Shown: positions 8,838-17,730, counted from the first letter of the stretch. The stretch: 64,000 nt of DNA from Eubacteriales bacterium (GCA_045636865.1 JAZTYJ010000004.1:108662-172661), one strand, 5' to 3'. Numbers and translations: made by a program. The notes: generated from the sequence alone by a model not told the origin.

Positions 8838-8869
8838 AGTCAAGCTTATAGCTTGACTTTTTGTTTTTT
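8838..8869 (+). terminator. intrinsic terminator ending the ilvE-OFOR operon
   Basis: agtcaagct-tat-agcttgact hairpin followed by TTTTTGTTTTTT. Confidence 0.8.
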
Positions 8870-8916
8870 ATGGGATAAGATGAATCCATAAATAAAGTAA
8901 TTTTGGAGTTGAAAAT

Positions 8917-9912
8917 ATGCAGAATATAAGATGGGGAATAGCGGGTCCCGGCGGTATAGCAAAAAAGTTTGCAAAGACGGTTTCAAATGTCGAAGGTGCG
9001 ACTCTTTCGGGTGTTGCATCAAGGAGTATTGAACGGGCAGAAAGCTTTGCAAAGGAATATAATATACCGAATGCGTTTGACGGCTATGAGGCTATGGCAA
9101 AATCACCCGATATTGATGCGGTATACGTTGCGACACCGCATTCTCACCACAAGAGTGTTGCGGAGATTTTTCTCCGTGAGGGAAAGCATGTTCTTTGCGA
9201 AAAACCGATTTGCGTAAACCGTCATCAGCTCAAGTCGCTTTCGGAGTGTGCAAAGAAAAACGGCGCGTTTCTCATGGAGGCTATGTGGCTTAAGTTTATG
9301 CCGATTATCACAAAGACGAGGGAGATAATTGATAGCGGTGCGATAGGGGAAATCGTAAGCATTGAAACAAATCAATGCGACAATGTGGCGATTCACGCAC
9401 CGGAACATAACGTCTATAAAAATGATATGGCAGGCGGCGCGCTTCTTGATCTCGGAATCTACGGGCTTGAGTTTATCGCGTTCTTCTTCGGATATGAGCC
9501 TGAAGAAATAGTATCTGTGTGCAGGGTTGAAAAGGGTGTGGATGTGCAGACTATAGCTACACTTAAATTCCAAAACGGAAAGCTTGCGAGAATGATCACT
9601 TCAAATATCGTTACCGAGCCGTGCTTTGCAAATGTCTACGGTGCGAAGGGCTATATTTCGATCCCCGATTATGTCGGAGGAATAACGAAGCTTCATACAT
9701 ACATCGACGGAAAAGAAGAAGTGTTCGACGTTCCGCCAATTGGAAATGGTTTTGAAGAAGAGATTTATGAAGCTTGCAGGTGTATCCGTGAGGGTAAGCT
9801 TGAAAGTGATGTTCATCCGATAAAAGACAGCCTTGCGATACTTTCACAGATGGATACGATAAGACGGCAAAATGGCATAAAATATCCATTTGACGGAGAA
9901 GATAAGCTTTAA
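8917..9912 (+). CDS. Gfo/Idh/MocA family oxidoreductase
   Basis: N-terminal Rossmann IRWGIAGPGGIA and EKP motif (VLCEKPI). 331 aa. Confidence 0.8.
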   Translation: MQNIRWGIAGPGGIAKKFAKTVSNVEGATLSGVASRSIERAESFAKEYNIPNAFDGYEAMAKSPDIDAVYVATPHSHHKSVAEIFLREGKHVLCEKPICVNRHQLKSLSECAKKNGAFLMEAMWLKFMPIITKTREIIDSGAIGEIVSIETNQCDNVAIHAPEHNVYKNDMAGGALLDLGIYGLEFIAFFFGYEPEEIVSVCRVEKGVDVQTIATLKFQNGKLARMITSNIVTEPCFANVYGAKGYISIPDYVGGITKLHTYIDGKEEVFDVPPIGNGFEEEIYEACRCIREGKLESDVHPIKDSLAILSQMDTIRRQNGIKYPFDGEDKL

Positions 9913-9926
9913 AAGGAGCGATTTTT

Positions 9927-10715
9927 GTGGCAGATATTTTTGGAGAGCTTGAGTTTCATTTAAAAATCAAAAAGGGCGACGTCGGTCGTTATGTAATCCT
10001 TTGCGGAGATCCGGGGAGAGTTCCGAAAATCGCCGCGTATCTTGAAAATGCAGAAAAGATAGCAGAAAACCGCGAATATACGATTTATACAGGCTATCTC
10101 TGCGGTGAAAGGGTTTCCGTTGCATCGACGGGCATAGGCGGGCCTTCTGCCGCGATTTGCGTTGAGGAGCTTATCCACTGCGGAAGTGATACGTTTATCC
10201 GCGTTGGAACAAGCGGAGGAATCCGCGAGGATGTCATAGGTGGAGATCTCGTTATTGCGACGAGTGCGGTAAGAGCCGAGGGCACAAGCCTTGAATACTT
10301 GCCCGAGGGATATCCTGCCGCCGCTGATTTTTCTGTTGTGCGCGCGCTTTCTGATGAGGCGGAAGAGCTTTGCGACATGAGCTTCGGAAACTCATATCAC
10401 GTCGGTGTTGTGCAGAGCAAGGATTCATTCTATGGTGAAACAAATCCCGAAACAATGCCTGTTTCGGATATGCTTTTAAAGAAATGGGAGGCATACACAC
10501 GCCTTGGTTGTCTCACTTCCGAGATGGAGTGTGCCGCAATCTTTTCGGTTGCGCTGACGCGCGGAGTCCGTGCAGGTGCCGTTCTTCTTTCGATATGGAA
10601 TGTCGAGAGAACAAACAAAGGACTTGAAAGCCCTGTAAATACGGACACCGACCGCGCAATCAGATGCGCAATCGGTGCAATAAAAAGACTTATAGAAAAA
10701 GATGCAAAGAATTAA
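9927..10715 (+). CDS. udp: uridine phosphorylase-like nucleoside phosphorylase
   Basis: GTG start. Alignable over its full length with E. coli Udp from memory (CGDPGRV, STGIGGPSAAICVEEL, SEMECAA). Confidence 0.7.
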   Translation: MADIFGELEFHLKIKKGDVGRYVILCGDPGRVPKIAAYLENAEKIAENREYTIYTGYLCGERVSVASTGIGGPSAAICVEELIHCGSDTFIRVGTSGGIREDVIGGDLVIATSAVRAEGTSLEYLPEGYPAAADFSVVRALSDEAEELCDMSFGNSYHVGVVQSKDSFYGETNPETMPVSDMLLKKWEAYTRLGCLTSEMECAAIFSVALTRGVRAGAVLLSIWNVERTNKGLESPVNTDTDRAIRCAIGAIKRLIEKDAKN

Positions 10716-10731
10716 TTCTTTGCATCTTTTT
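10696..10731. terminator. perfect 36-bp palindrome serving as a bidirectional terminator; contains both convergent stop codons
   Basis: aaaaagatgcaaagaatt|aattctttgcatcttttt is A-rich on one flank and T-rich on the other. The udp stop is at 10713-10715 and the repressor stop at 10712-10714. Confidence 0.7.
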
Positions 10732-11098
10732 TGTTTATATGATTCTTTATGGCGTCAAACGTTTCATCACTTAGGTGATGCTCCATCTTGCAGGCATCTT
10801 CTGAAGCGGTTTCTTTGCTTACGCCTATGCCTTCGAGAAAGGTTGTAAGGATGGTGTGTCTTTCATATATCTTGGCAGCGACCTCGCGGCCAATGTCGGT
10901 AAGTGTGATAAAACCGTCACCGTCAACGGTGATATAACCTCCGTTTTTCAAAAGACCGACGGCACGGCTGACACTTGGTTTTGAGTATCCCATATGATCT
11001 ACAATATCAATTGAACGAAAGTTCTTTTTGCTTTCGGAAAGAATCAGAATAGTTTCAAGATACATCTCGCCGGATTCAAGAAGCGGCACGAAAAACAC
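10712..11098 (-). CDS. DtxR/MntR-family metal-dependent transcriptional repressor
   Basis: ESGEMYLETILIL...SIDIVDHMGYSKPSVSRAVGLLKNGGYI is a winged helix plus DtxR-type dimerisation region. The more likely start is GTG at 11089, 9 nt after AAGGAG. Confidence 0.8.
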   Translation of the reverse strand: MFFVPLLESGEMYLETILILSESKKNFRSIDIVDHMGYSKPSVSRAVGLLKNGGYITVDGDGFITLTDIGREVAAKIYERHTILTTFLEGIGVSKETASEDACKMEHHLSDETFDAIKNHINKKDAKN

Positions 11099-11170
11099 CT
11101 CCTTTTAGTATCATTATAATTAGAATATCATACGTAGGGGAATTTTTCAAGAAAAAATGAAAAATTCGTC

Positions 11171-11199
11171 TTGACAAACAAATGAAGGTGTGTTAATCT
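11171..11199 (+). promoter_or_regulatory. feoAB promoter, TTGACA-17 nt-TAATCT
   Basis: -35 at 11171-11176 and -10 at 11194-11199. Confidence 0.65.
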
Positions 11200-11200
11200 T

Positions 11201-11222
11201 GTAGTTAGCAAAGACTAACTAC
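11201..11222. promoter_or_regulatory. DtxR/IdeR-type operator candidate
   Basis: GTAGTTAG-caaaga-CTAACTAC is a perfect 8-bp inverted repeat immediately after the -10. It resembles the TTAGGTTAGCCTAACCTAA-type iron box. Confidence 0.55.
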
Positions 11223-11241
11223 TGCTTGTCGAAACGAAGGG

Positions 11242-11481
11242 ATGGAAAAGATGACACTTGATACGTTGAAAATCGGTGAAAGTGCAATAATAAAAAGTGT
11301 GGGCGGAGAGAAGTCTCTCCGTCTTCGTCTGCTTGATATGGGTTTGATTCCGAAAACCCGTGTTACGCTCATAAAAGTAGCTCCGATGGGGGATCCTATG
11401 GAGCTTCGCGTAAGGGGATATGAGCTTACTCTCCGCGCAGAGGATGCGAAAAAGATAGAAGTGGAGGGTGAAAAACAGTGA
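11242..11481 (+). CDS. feoA: ferrous iron transport protein A
   Basis: Small SH3-like FeoA (LKIGESAIIKSV...LLDMGLIPKTRVTLI). The second ATG at 11251 has better RBS spacing. Confidence 0.85.
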   Translation: MEKMTLDTLKIGESAIIKSVGGEKSLRLRLLDMGLIPKTRVTLIKVAPMGDPMELRVRGYELTLRAEDAKKIEVEGEKQ

Positions 11482-13487
11482 TTTTTGCGCTTGCAGGAAA
11501 CCAGAACTGCGGAAAAACAACGCTTTTTAATGTGCTGACAGGCTCAAATCAGCACGTCGGAAACTTTCCGGGCGTTACGGTAGAGCACAAAAGCGGAGAA
11601 ATCCGTGGTCAGAAAAACTGCACGGTTGTTGATTTGCCGGGTATATATTCGCTCCGTACATATACGCAGGAGGAAATAGTCGCGCGTGACTTTCTCTTAA
11701 ACGAAAAGCCTGATGCCATAATAAACATTGTTGATGCAACAAATATCGAGAGAAACTTATATCTCACGCTTCAGCTTTTAGAGCTTCGTGTTCCGATGGT
11801 GCTTGCTCTTAATATGATGGACGAGGTCAGAAAAAACAACGGTTCAATTGATCTTGCGAAGATGAGCGAGGCTCTCGGTATTCCGATAGTTCCGATCTCT
11901 GCGGCAAAGGGCGAGGGCGTATCCGAGCTTATTCATCAGGCGATAGAAACAGCAAAGAACCGCGAGGTGCCGAAGGTTTATGACTTCTGCGGCGCACAGT
12001 CGCCGGTTCACCGTTGTATTCATGCAGTTGCCCACGTTATCGAAGACCACGCCGAAAAAATCGGAATGGCGCAGAGATTCTGCATATCAAAGCTCATAGA
12101 GGGTGATGAGGATCTTGAGTCGCGCCTTGACCTTCACGCAAACGAGAAGGAACTCATAGAGCACTGTGTGGTCGAAATGGAAGGCGAAACGGGGCTTGAA
12201 AGAAACGGAGCTATTGCCGATATGCGCTACACCTTTATCGAAAAAGTGGTATCAATAGCTGTTGTAAAGGGTGGTGAGAGCCGCGAGCATATGCGCTCGG
12301 TAAAGCTTGACAGGCTGCTTACGGGAAAATTCACCGCAATGCCCGTTTTCATAGGTATTATTGCGCTTGTCTTCTGGCTTACATTCGGAGTTATAGGAAC
12401 ATACCTTTCAGACCTCCTTGCAGGAGGAATAGATTACCTTGCATCTATGTGTTCGACATTCCTTGAAAATTACGGTATAAATCCTGTAATCCACAGCTTT
12501 ATCATCGACGGTGTGTTCGCGGGAGTAGGAAGTGTTCTGTCGTTTCTTCCGCTTATCGTTACGCTGTTTTTCTTTCTCTCGATTCTCGAGGATACGGGAT
12601 ATATGGCGCGTGTTGCGTTCTTTATGGACAAACCGCTCCGCAAGGTTGGTCTTTCGGGAAAAAGCTTTGTTCCGATGCTTATAGGATTTGGTTGTACCGT
12701 ACCTGCGATTATGGCAACTCGCACGGTTTCGTCAGACCGCGACAGAAAAATGACGATGCTTCTGACTCCGTTTATGAGCTGCTCGGCAAAAATTCCTATT
12801 TATGCAGTATTCGCAGCGGCATTCTTTCCGGGGCACAGCGCACTTGTTATGACAGGGCTTTATCTTTTCGGTATTGTGCTTGCAATCTTGTTTGCGCTCA
12901 TTCTCAAAACAACAACGTTCCGCGGAAAGCCGGTTCCGTTTGTTATGGAGCTTCCGAATTACAGAATGCCGTCTTTAAAAAGTGTGTCGCTTCTTCTCTG
13001 GGAAAAGGCACGCGACTTTATAGAGCGCGCATTCACGATAATCTTTTTTGGTACCATTATAATCTGGTTTTTGCAGACATTTGACACTCGTCTCAATCTC
13101 GTTTCTGACAGTGCAGACAGCCTTCTCGCAATTGTAGGGCGCGCAATCGCTCCGATTTTCAGACCGCTTGGGTTTGAAGACTGGCGCGTTGCAACATCGC
13201 TCATTTCGGGCTTTACTGCAAAGGAGGCGGTAGTTTCGACGCTCTCCGTTCTTTTAGGTACGGGAATGTCAAACCTTCCGTCAGCGCTCTCATCACTTTT
13301 CACTCCGCTTTCATCAATAAGCTTCCTTGTGTTTACGCTTCTCTACACTCCGTGTGTCGCGGCGATTGCGACATTCAGGCGCGAGCTTAAGAGCCTTCCG
13401 GCAACACTTGGCGTGATAGTTCTGCAGTGTGCAATCGCATGGGGGGTTGCGTGGGTTGTCTACGTAATCGGAGGACTTATCATATGA
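11478..13487 (+). CDS. feoB: ferrous iron transporter B
   Basis: GTG start overlaps the feoA stop. G-domain GNQNCGKTTLFN and DLPG, with a polytopic C-terminal part. Confidence 0.95.
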   Translation: MIFALAGNQNCGKTTLFNVLTGSNQHVGNFPGVTVEHKSGEIRGQKNCTVVDLPGIYSLRTYTQEEIVARDFLLNEKPDAIINIVDATNIERNLYLTLQLLELRVPMVLALNMMDEVRKNNGSIDLAKMSEALGIPIVPISAAKGEGVSELIHQAIETAKNREVPKVYDFCGAQSPVHRCIHAVAHVIEDHAEKIGMAQRFCISKLIEGDEDLESRLDLHANEKELIEHCVVEMEGETGLERNGAIADMRYTFIEKVVSIAVVKGGESREHMRSVKLDRLLTGKFTAMPVFIGIIALVFWLTFGVIGTYLSDLLAGGIDYLASMCSTFLENYGINPVIHSFIIDGVFAGVGSVLSFLPLIVTLFFFLSILEDTGYMARVAFFMDKPLRKVGLSGKSFVPMLIGFGCTVPAIMATRTVSSDRDRKMTMLLTPFMSCSAKIPIYAVFAAAFFPGHSALVMTGLYLFGIVLAILFALILKTTTFRGKPVPFVMELPNYRMPSLKSVSLLLWEKARDFIERAFTIIFFGTIIIWFLQTFDTRLNLVSDSADSLLAIVGRAIAPIFRPLGFEDWRVATSLISGFTAKEAVVSTLSVLLGTGMSNLPSALSSLFTPLSSISFLVFTLLYTPCVAAIATFRRELKSLPATLGVIVLQCAIAWGVAWVVYVIGGLII

Positions 13488-13618
13488 ACGTTTTGGATTT
13501 TGTAATTCTTGCCGTATGTGCCGTTCTGATATTCTTTGCGGTGCGTCTTGCGCTAAAGAGAAAAAAGAGCGGGAAATGCTGCTCCGGAAACTGCACATCG
13601 TGCAATAAATGCAAATAG
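13484..13618 (+). CDS. FeoB-associated Cys-rich small membrane protein (44 aa)
   Basis: ATGA overlap with the feoB stop. One TM segment, then KKSGKCCSGNCTSCNKCK. Confidence 0.65.
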   Translation: MNVLDFVILAVCAVLIFFAVRLALKRKKSGKCCSGNCTSCNKCK

Positions 13619-13623
13619 AAAAA

Positions 13624-13660
13624 GCAGAAGTTTACAATGTAAACTTCTGCTTGATTTTTT
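13624..13660. terminator. bidirectional intrinsic terminator
   Basis: gcagaagtttac-aat-gtaaacttctgc is a 12-bp stem, flanked by an A-run and TTGATTTTTT, between convergent genes. Confidence 0.8.
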
Positions 13661-15624
13661 TAGAGAACGAAAACGCCGTCTATCATATGTTCTTCAAAGC
13701 ACTGTGTCCAGTAGTATTCAGCGAAGAAAAGCTGATGGTCATAATATCTTTCAAATTCTGCCTCGCGCTTTCCGCATTCAATTCGCGCTTTTTCTAAAAG
13801 CTCTTTTGCGTGCTCGAGATTTCCGCTTGCCTTTTCAGCTATCCAGTCGGAAATCATATCGCAGAAGTCTGCATGGAACGAAAGAAGCCTGAGAGCCATC
13901 GTCTGAACGCGGTATTCCGATTCGTAGTTTGCGTCAATGATCGCTCTGCCTTCTTTTGTGATATTGCGGATGTTTTTAATCTGCGGCACCATATCGGGAT
14001 CAGCGTGTCCCTTCTCGCGTTTTGGAGCTTCATCGCGTGAGAAGAAGTCAAACGGGAGCGCATCGTAGAGCTTTCTAAGGTAATCACGCAGGTCTCTCCA
14101 GTTATTGCCGTAGATGTGTGAGAGGTAATCTTCTTCAATCTCCTCATATGAAAGGGAGGTGTCAAAAAGCGTTCTTGCATATGTATAGAACGAAAGACCG
14201 CTCGGGAAGAATGAACGCTGGCTACCGTCCTGAATTATGCCGTTAACGCCGTTTTCTTTGTAGTTCTTGACGTCCTCGTTGAGAAGTCGCGCCTGCATAA
14301 GACCTGAGAGGTCATAGCACTGATGTCTCCAGAAATGATATTCGTATGCGACGTTTGCGCCCTTCCAGGTCTTTCTCCACTCGTCAAAATAGTCAAAGCT
14401 TGATGCAAGGTCGGACGGGAATCGGTTGTTGTTTCGCTTGTATGGGAGAATCTCCGTGTTTCCGCGACCGTCCGGCATTGAATATGCGTAGCTTCTGAAG
14501 ATCGGAGCAAAGAGCATTGTAAATCTCTTCGGATTTTTGATTGTCTCGCTCTCGGGAGCAAATGTCGTGTCAACATATGAAATAAAGACTATGCGTGTGT
14601 CAAGTCCTGCCTTGGAGAGCTTTTCGTCAATCTCATTAAGAAGAATGACATACCAGTCAGACGGAGTTTTCTTTACACACTCTTCACATTCACAATGGTT
14701 GTTGTCAAGGTCTGCAAGCCATACGTGGAGATAGTCAACGTTTGAATGCTTTTTTGAATATTCAACAACGTAATCGGCAACAAGGGCACGCGCTTCGGCG
14801 TTTGACATACAGAAGTTTGTCCACGACGGATGATCCTTGTAGAGCTTTCGCTCTCCGTTCATCATAGCAACAAAACTTCTCTGCTTGTCTGTAAGACGCT
14901 CATCAAGAATTTCGCCTTCTTTTTTTGATCTTCCCCAGGAAAAGAGGATTCCGAAAGGCTCGCAGGTAAAACCGTGACCGATGTCGTGAAACTGCATACC
15001 GCGCTTTGAAAGTTCTGCCTCGCATTGACGCTTCCACTGAACTATCTGATTGTCGGAAACAGGTTCGGGGCGACGGTTTTCTGTGTTCTTGTCGTGGTTG
15101 TAGTAATCCTTATAGTAGCCCGGAACAAAAAATTCCATCATAAATACGTTCATACCGACTTTCGGCATAAAGTCGATAACTTCAAGCATATCATACTGAA
15201 TTTCAGCACCCTCATTACACTGACCGCGGTAACGGCAGGACGGTGCAAAACGGTATTTTACGGGTTTTATATCCTGCATCGGGATGTATTCACCGTCAAC
15301 ACCCGGAAAGAGCCAGCGGCAACCGTTCTGGCGGAAATATTCGTAAACCGCAAGCAGAACGGAACGCGGATTGTCGCCTGCGATAATGCCGCCGTTTTTG
15401 TCGCAGTCGATGTATAAAATATCGTCAAGCTCGGGCTCCTCAACGTCTGAAACGTCAAGATCGAAATCCTGCATCAGACCGAGGCGGAAACCGTCCTTTG
15501 CGTCGGGAGCATAAGCGACGGGAACATCACCGCCTTCGGGCATCATCATACGGAGATATTTGCGGAGCTCTTCTGCAGCAAAATCAATGGTTGTGTTTGA
15601 TGTGATCTTGTTAATGTAAAGCAT
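13660..15624 (-). CDS. DUF4838-like putative glycoside hydrolase (GH20/GH67-like N-domain, CxCxxC motif), copy 1
   Basis: 654 aa with no signal peptide. RSVLLAVYEYFRQNGCRWLFPG and NNHCECEECVKK resemble DUF4838 proteins from memory. Tandem paralog of 15651..17612. Confidence 0.55.
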   Translation of the reverse strand: MLYINKITSNTTIDFAAEELRKYLRMMMPEGGDVPVAYAPDAKDGFRLGLMQDFDLDVSDVEEPELDDILYIDCDKNGGIIAGDNPRSVLLAVYEYFRQNGCRWLFPGVDGEYIPMQDIKPVKYRFAPSCRYRGQCNEGAEIQYDMLEVIDFMPKVGMNVFMMEFFVPGYYKDYYNHDKNTENRRPEPVSDNQIVQWKRQCEAELSKRGMQFHDIGHGFTCEPFGILFSWGRSKKEGEILDERLTDKQRSFVAMMNGERKLYKDHPSWTNFCMSNAEARALVADYVVEYSKKHSNVDYLHVWLADLDNNHCECEECVKKTPSDWYVILLNEIDEKLSKAGLDTRIVFISYVDTTFAPESETIKNPKRFTMLFAPIFRSYAYSMPDGRGNTEILPYKRNNNRFPSDLASSFDYFDEWRKTWKGANVAYEYHFWRHQCYDLSGLMQARLLNEDVKNYKENGVNGIIQDGSQRSFFPSGLSFYTYARTLFDTSLSYEEIEEDYLSHIYGNNWRDLRDYLRKLYDALPFDFFSRDEAPKREKGHADPDMVPQIKNIRNITKEGRAIIDANYESEYRVQTMALRLLSFHADFCDMISDWIAEKASGNLEHAKELLEKARIECGKREAEFERYYDHQLFFAEYYWTQCFEEHMIDGVFVL

Positions 15625-15650
15625 TTTTATTAATCCTTTCAGATATAGTT

Positions 15651-17612
15651 TTAAAGAACAAAAACACCGTCAACCATATGTTCTTCAAAGTGGTGTGCCC
15701 AGTAATATTCAGCAAAGAAAAGCTGATGGTCATAGTATCTTTCAAACTCCGCTTCGTGCTTTCCGCATTCAATGCGCGCTTTTTCTAAAAGCTTTTCTGC
15801 ACGCTCAAGGTTTCCGCTTGCCTTTTCAGCCATCCAGTCAGAAATCATATCGCAGAAGTCTGCGTGGAATGAAAGAAGCTTGAGAGCCATCGTCTGAACG
15901 CGGTATTCCGATTCGTAGTTTGCGTCGATAATCGCTCTGCCTTCTTTTGTAATGTTACGGATGTTTTTAATCTGCGGAACCATATCGGGATCAGCGTGTC
16001 CCTTTTCGCTCTTCGGAGCTTCATCGCGCGAGAAGAAGTCAAACGGGAGCGCGTCATAGAGCTTTTTGAGGTAATCGCGCAGGTCTCTCCAGTTTTTGCC
16101 GTAGATATGTGAGAGGTAGTCTTCTTCAATCTCCTCGTATGAAAGGGATGTGTCAAAAAGCGTTCTTGCATATGTGTAGAACGAAAGACCGCTCGGAAAG
16201 AATGAACGCTGGCTTGCACATTGGATAACTCCGTTTACGGCGTTTGCCTTGTAGTTCTTAACGTCCTCGTTGAGAAGTCGCGCCTGCATAAGACCTGAGA
16301 GGTCGTAGCACTGATGTCTCCAGAAGTGATATTCATATGCAACGTTTGCGCCCTTCCACGTCTTTTTCCACTCATCAAGATAATCAAGGCTTGATGCAAG
16401 GTCGGACGGGAAGCGGTTTTTGTTTCGCTTATATGGCACAATCTCTGTCTTTCCGCGACCGTCCGGCATTGAATATGCGTAGCTTCTGAAAATCGGGGCA
16501 AAGAGAAGAAGGAATCTGTCGGGGTTTTTGATTACTTCAGACTGTGGTGCAAATGTTGTATCTACATATGAAATAAAGACTATGCGTGTGTCAAGTCCTG
16601 CTTCGGTGAGCTTTTCGTCAATCTCGTTGAGAAGAATGACGTACCAGTCAGACGGAGTTTTCTTTACACACTCCTCGCATTCACAATGGTTGTTGTCAAG
16701 GTCAGCGAGCCAAAGGTGGAGATAGTCGACGTTTGAGTGATTTCGTGAATACTCAACAACATAGTCGACAACAAGTGAGCGCGCTTCGGGATTTGACATA
16801 CAGAAGTTTGTCCACGATGGCTGATCCTTGTAGAGCTTTCTCTCACCATTCATCATGGCAACAAAGCTTCTTTGTTTGTCGGTGAGGCGGGAGTCGAGAG
16901 TTTTTCCATCTTCGCGTTTCTGGAAAGAACCTATGCCGAAAGGTTCACATGTAAAGCCGTGGCCGATGTCGTGAAACATCATATTGCGCTTTGAAAGCTC
17001 AGCTTCGCATGCGCGTTTCCATTGCATTGCCTGATTATCTGAAATCGGCTCGGGACGTCTGTTTTCTTCATTTTTAAGATGGTTGTAATATATAGAATAA
17101 AAGTATGTGGGGAGAAGAAATTGCGTCTGGAATGTATTCATGCCGACCTTTGGCATAAAGTCGATAACTTCGAGTATGTCATACTGGATTTTTGAGCCCT
17201 CGTCGCATTGACCGCGGTAGCGGCAGGAGGGCACAAAACGGCATTTTACGGGCTTTATATCCTGCATCGGAATGTATTCGCCGTCAACACCCGGAAAGAG
17301 CCAGCGGCAACCGTTTCGGCGGAAATATTCGTAAACTGCAAGCAGAACGGAGCGCGGATTGTTGCCCGCGATAATGCCGCCGTCATCATTGCAGTCGATA
17401 TATAAGATATCGTCAAGCTCGCAATCTTCTACGTCTGAAACGTCGAGAGAAAAATCCTGCATCAGACCAAGGCGGAAACCGTCTTTTGCGTCGGGTGCAT
17501 ACGAGACGGGAACATCGCCGCCTTCGGGCATCATCATACGGAGATATTTGCGGAGCTCTTCTGCAGCAAAATCAATGGTTGTGTTTGATGTGATTTTGTT
17601 AATGTAAAGCAT
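15651..17612 (-). CDS. DUF4838-like putative glycoside hydrolase, copy 2
   Basis: 653 aa and collinear with copy 1, with a 26-nt intergenic gap. Same motifs. Confidence 0.55.
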   Translation of the reverse strand: MLYINKITSNTTIDFAAEELRKYLRMMMPEGGDVPVSYAPDAKDGFRLGLMQDFSLDVSDVEDCELDDILYIDCNDDGGIIAGNNPRSVLLAVYEYFRRNGCRWLFPGVDGEYIPMQDIKPVKCRFVPSCRYRGQCDEGSKIQYDILEVIDFMPKVGMNTFQTQFLLPTYFYSIYYNHLKNEENRRPEPISDNQAMQWKRACEAELSKRNMMFHDIGHGFTCEPFGIGSFQKREDGKTLDSRLTDKQRSFVAMMNGERKLYKDQPSWTNFCMSNPEARSLVVDYVVEYSRNHSNVDYLHLWLADLDNNHCECEECVKKTPSDWYVILLNEIDEKLTEAGLDTRIVFISYVDTTFAPQSEVIKNPDRFLLLFAPIFRSYAYSMPDGRGKTEIVPYKRNKNRFPSDLASSLDYLDEWKKTWKGANVAYEYHFWRHQCYDLSGLMQARLLNEDVKNYKANAVNGVIQCASQRSFFPSGLSFYTYARTLFDTSLSYEEIEEDYLSHIYGKNWRDLRDYLKKLYDALPFDFFSRDEAPKSEKGHADPDMVPQIKNIRNITKEGRAIIDANYESEYRVQTMALKLLSFHADFCDMISDWMAEKASGNLERAEKLLEKARIECGKHEAEFERYYDHQLFFAEYYWAHHFEEHMVDGVFVL

Positions 17613-17647
17613 CTTATCGCCCCTTGATATTCAAAGATTATATTACG

Positions 17648-17676
17648 ATTTTATCATCCGGAAAAGTGTTTGTCAA
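17648..17676 (-). promoter_or_regulatory. promoter for the DUF4838 gene pair, TTGACA-17 nt-TAAAAT
   Basis: On the minus strand the -35 is at 17671-17676 and the -10 at 17648-17653. Confidence 0.6.
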
Positions 17677-17698
17677 CAACGGTTTCGCATCAAAAATA

Positions 17699-17727
17699 TT
17701 GACAAGAGAGAGACGGTGTGATATACT
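17699..17727 (+). promoter_or_regulatory. lacI-family gene promoter, TTGACA-17 nt-TATACT
   Basis: -35 at 17699-17704 and -10 at 17722-17727. Confidence 0.65.
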
Positions 17728-17730
17728 CTA

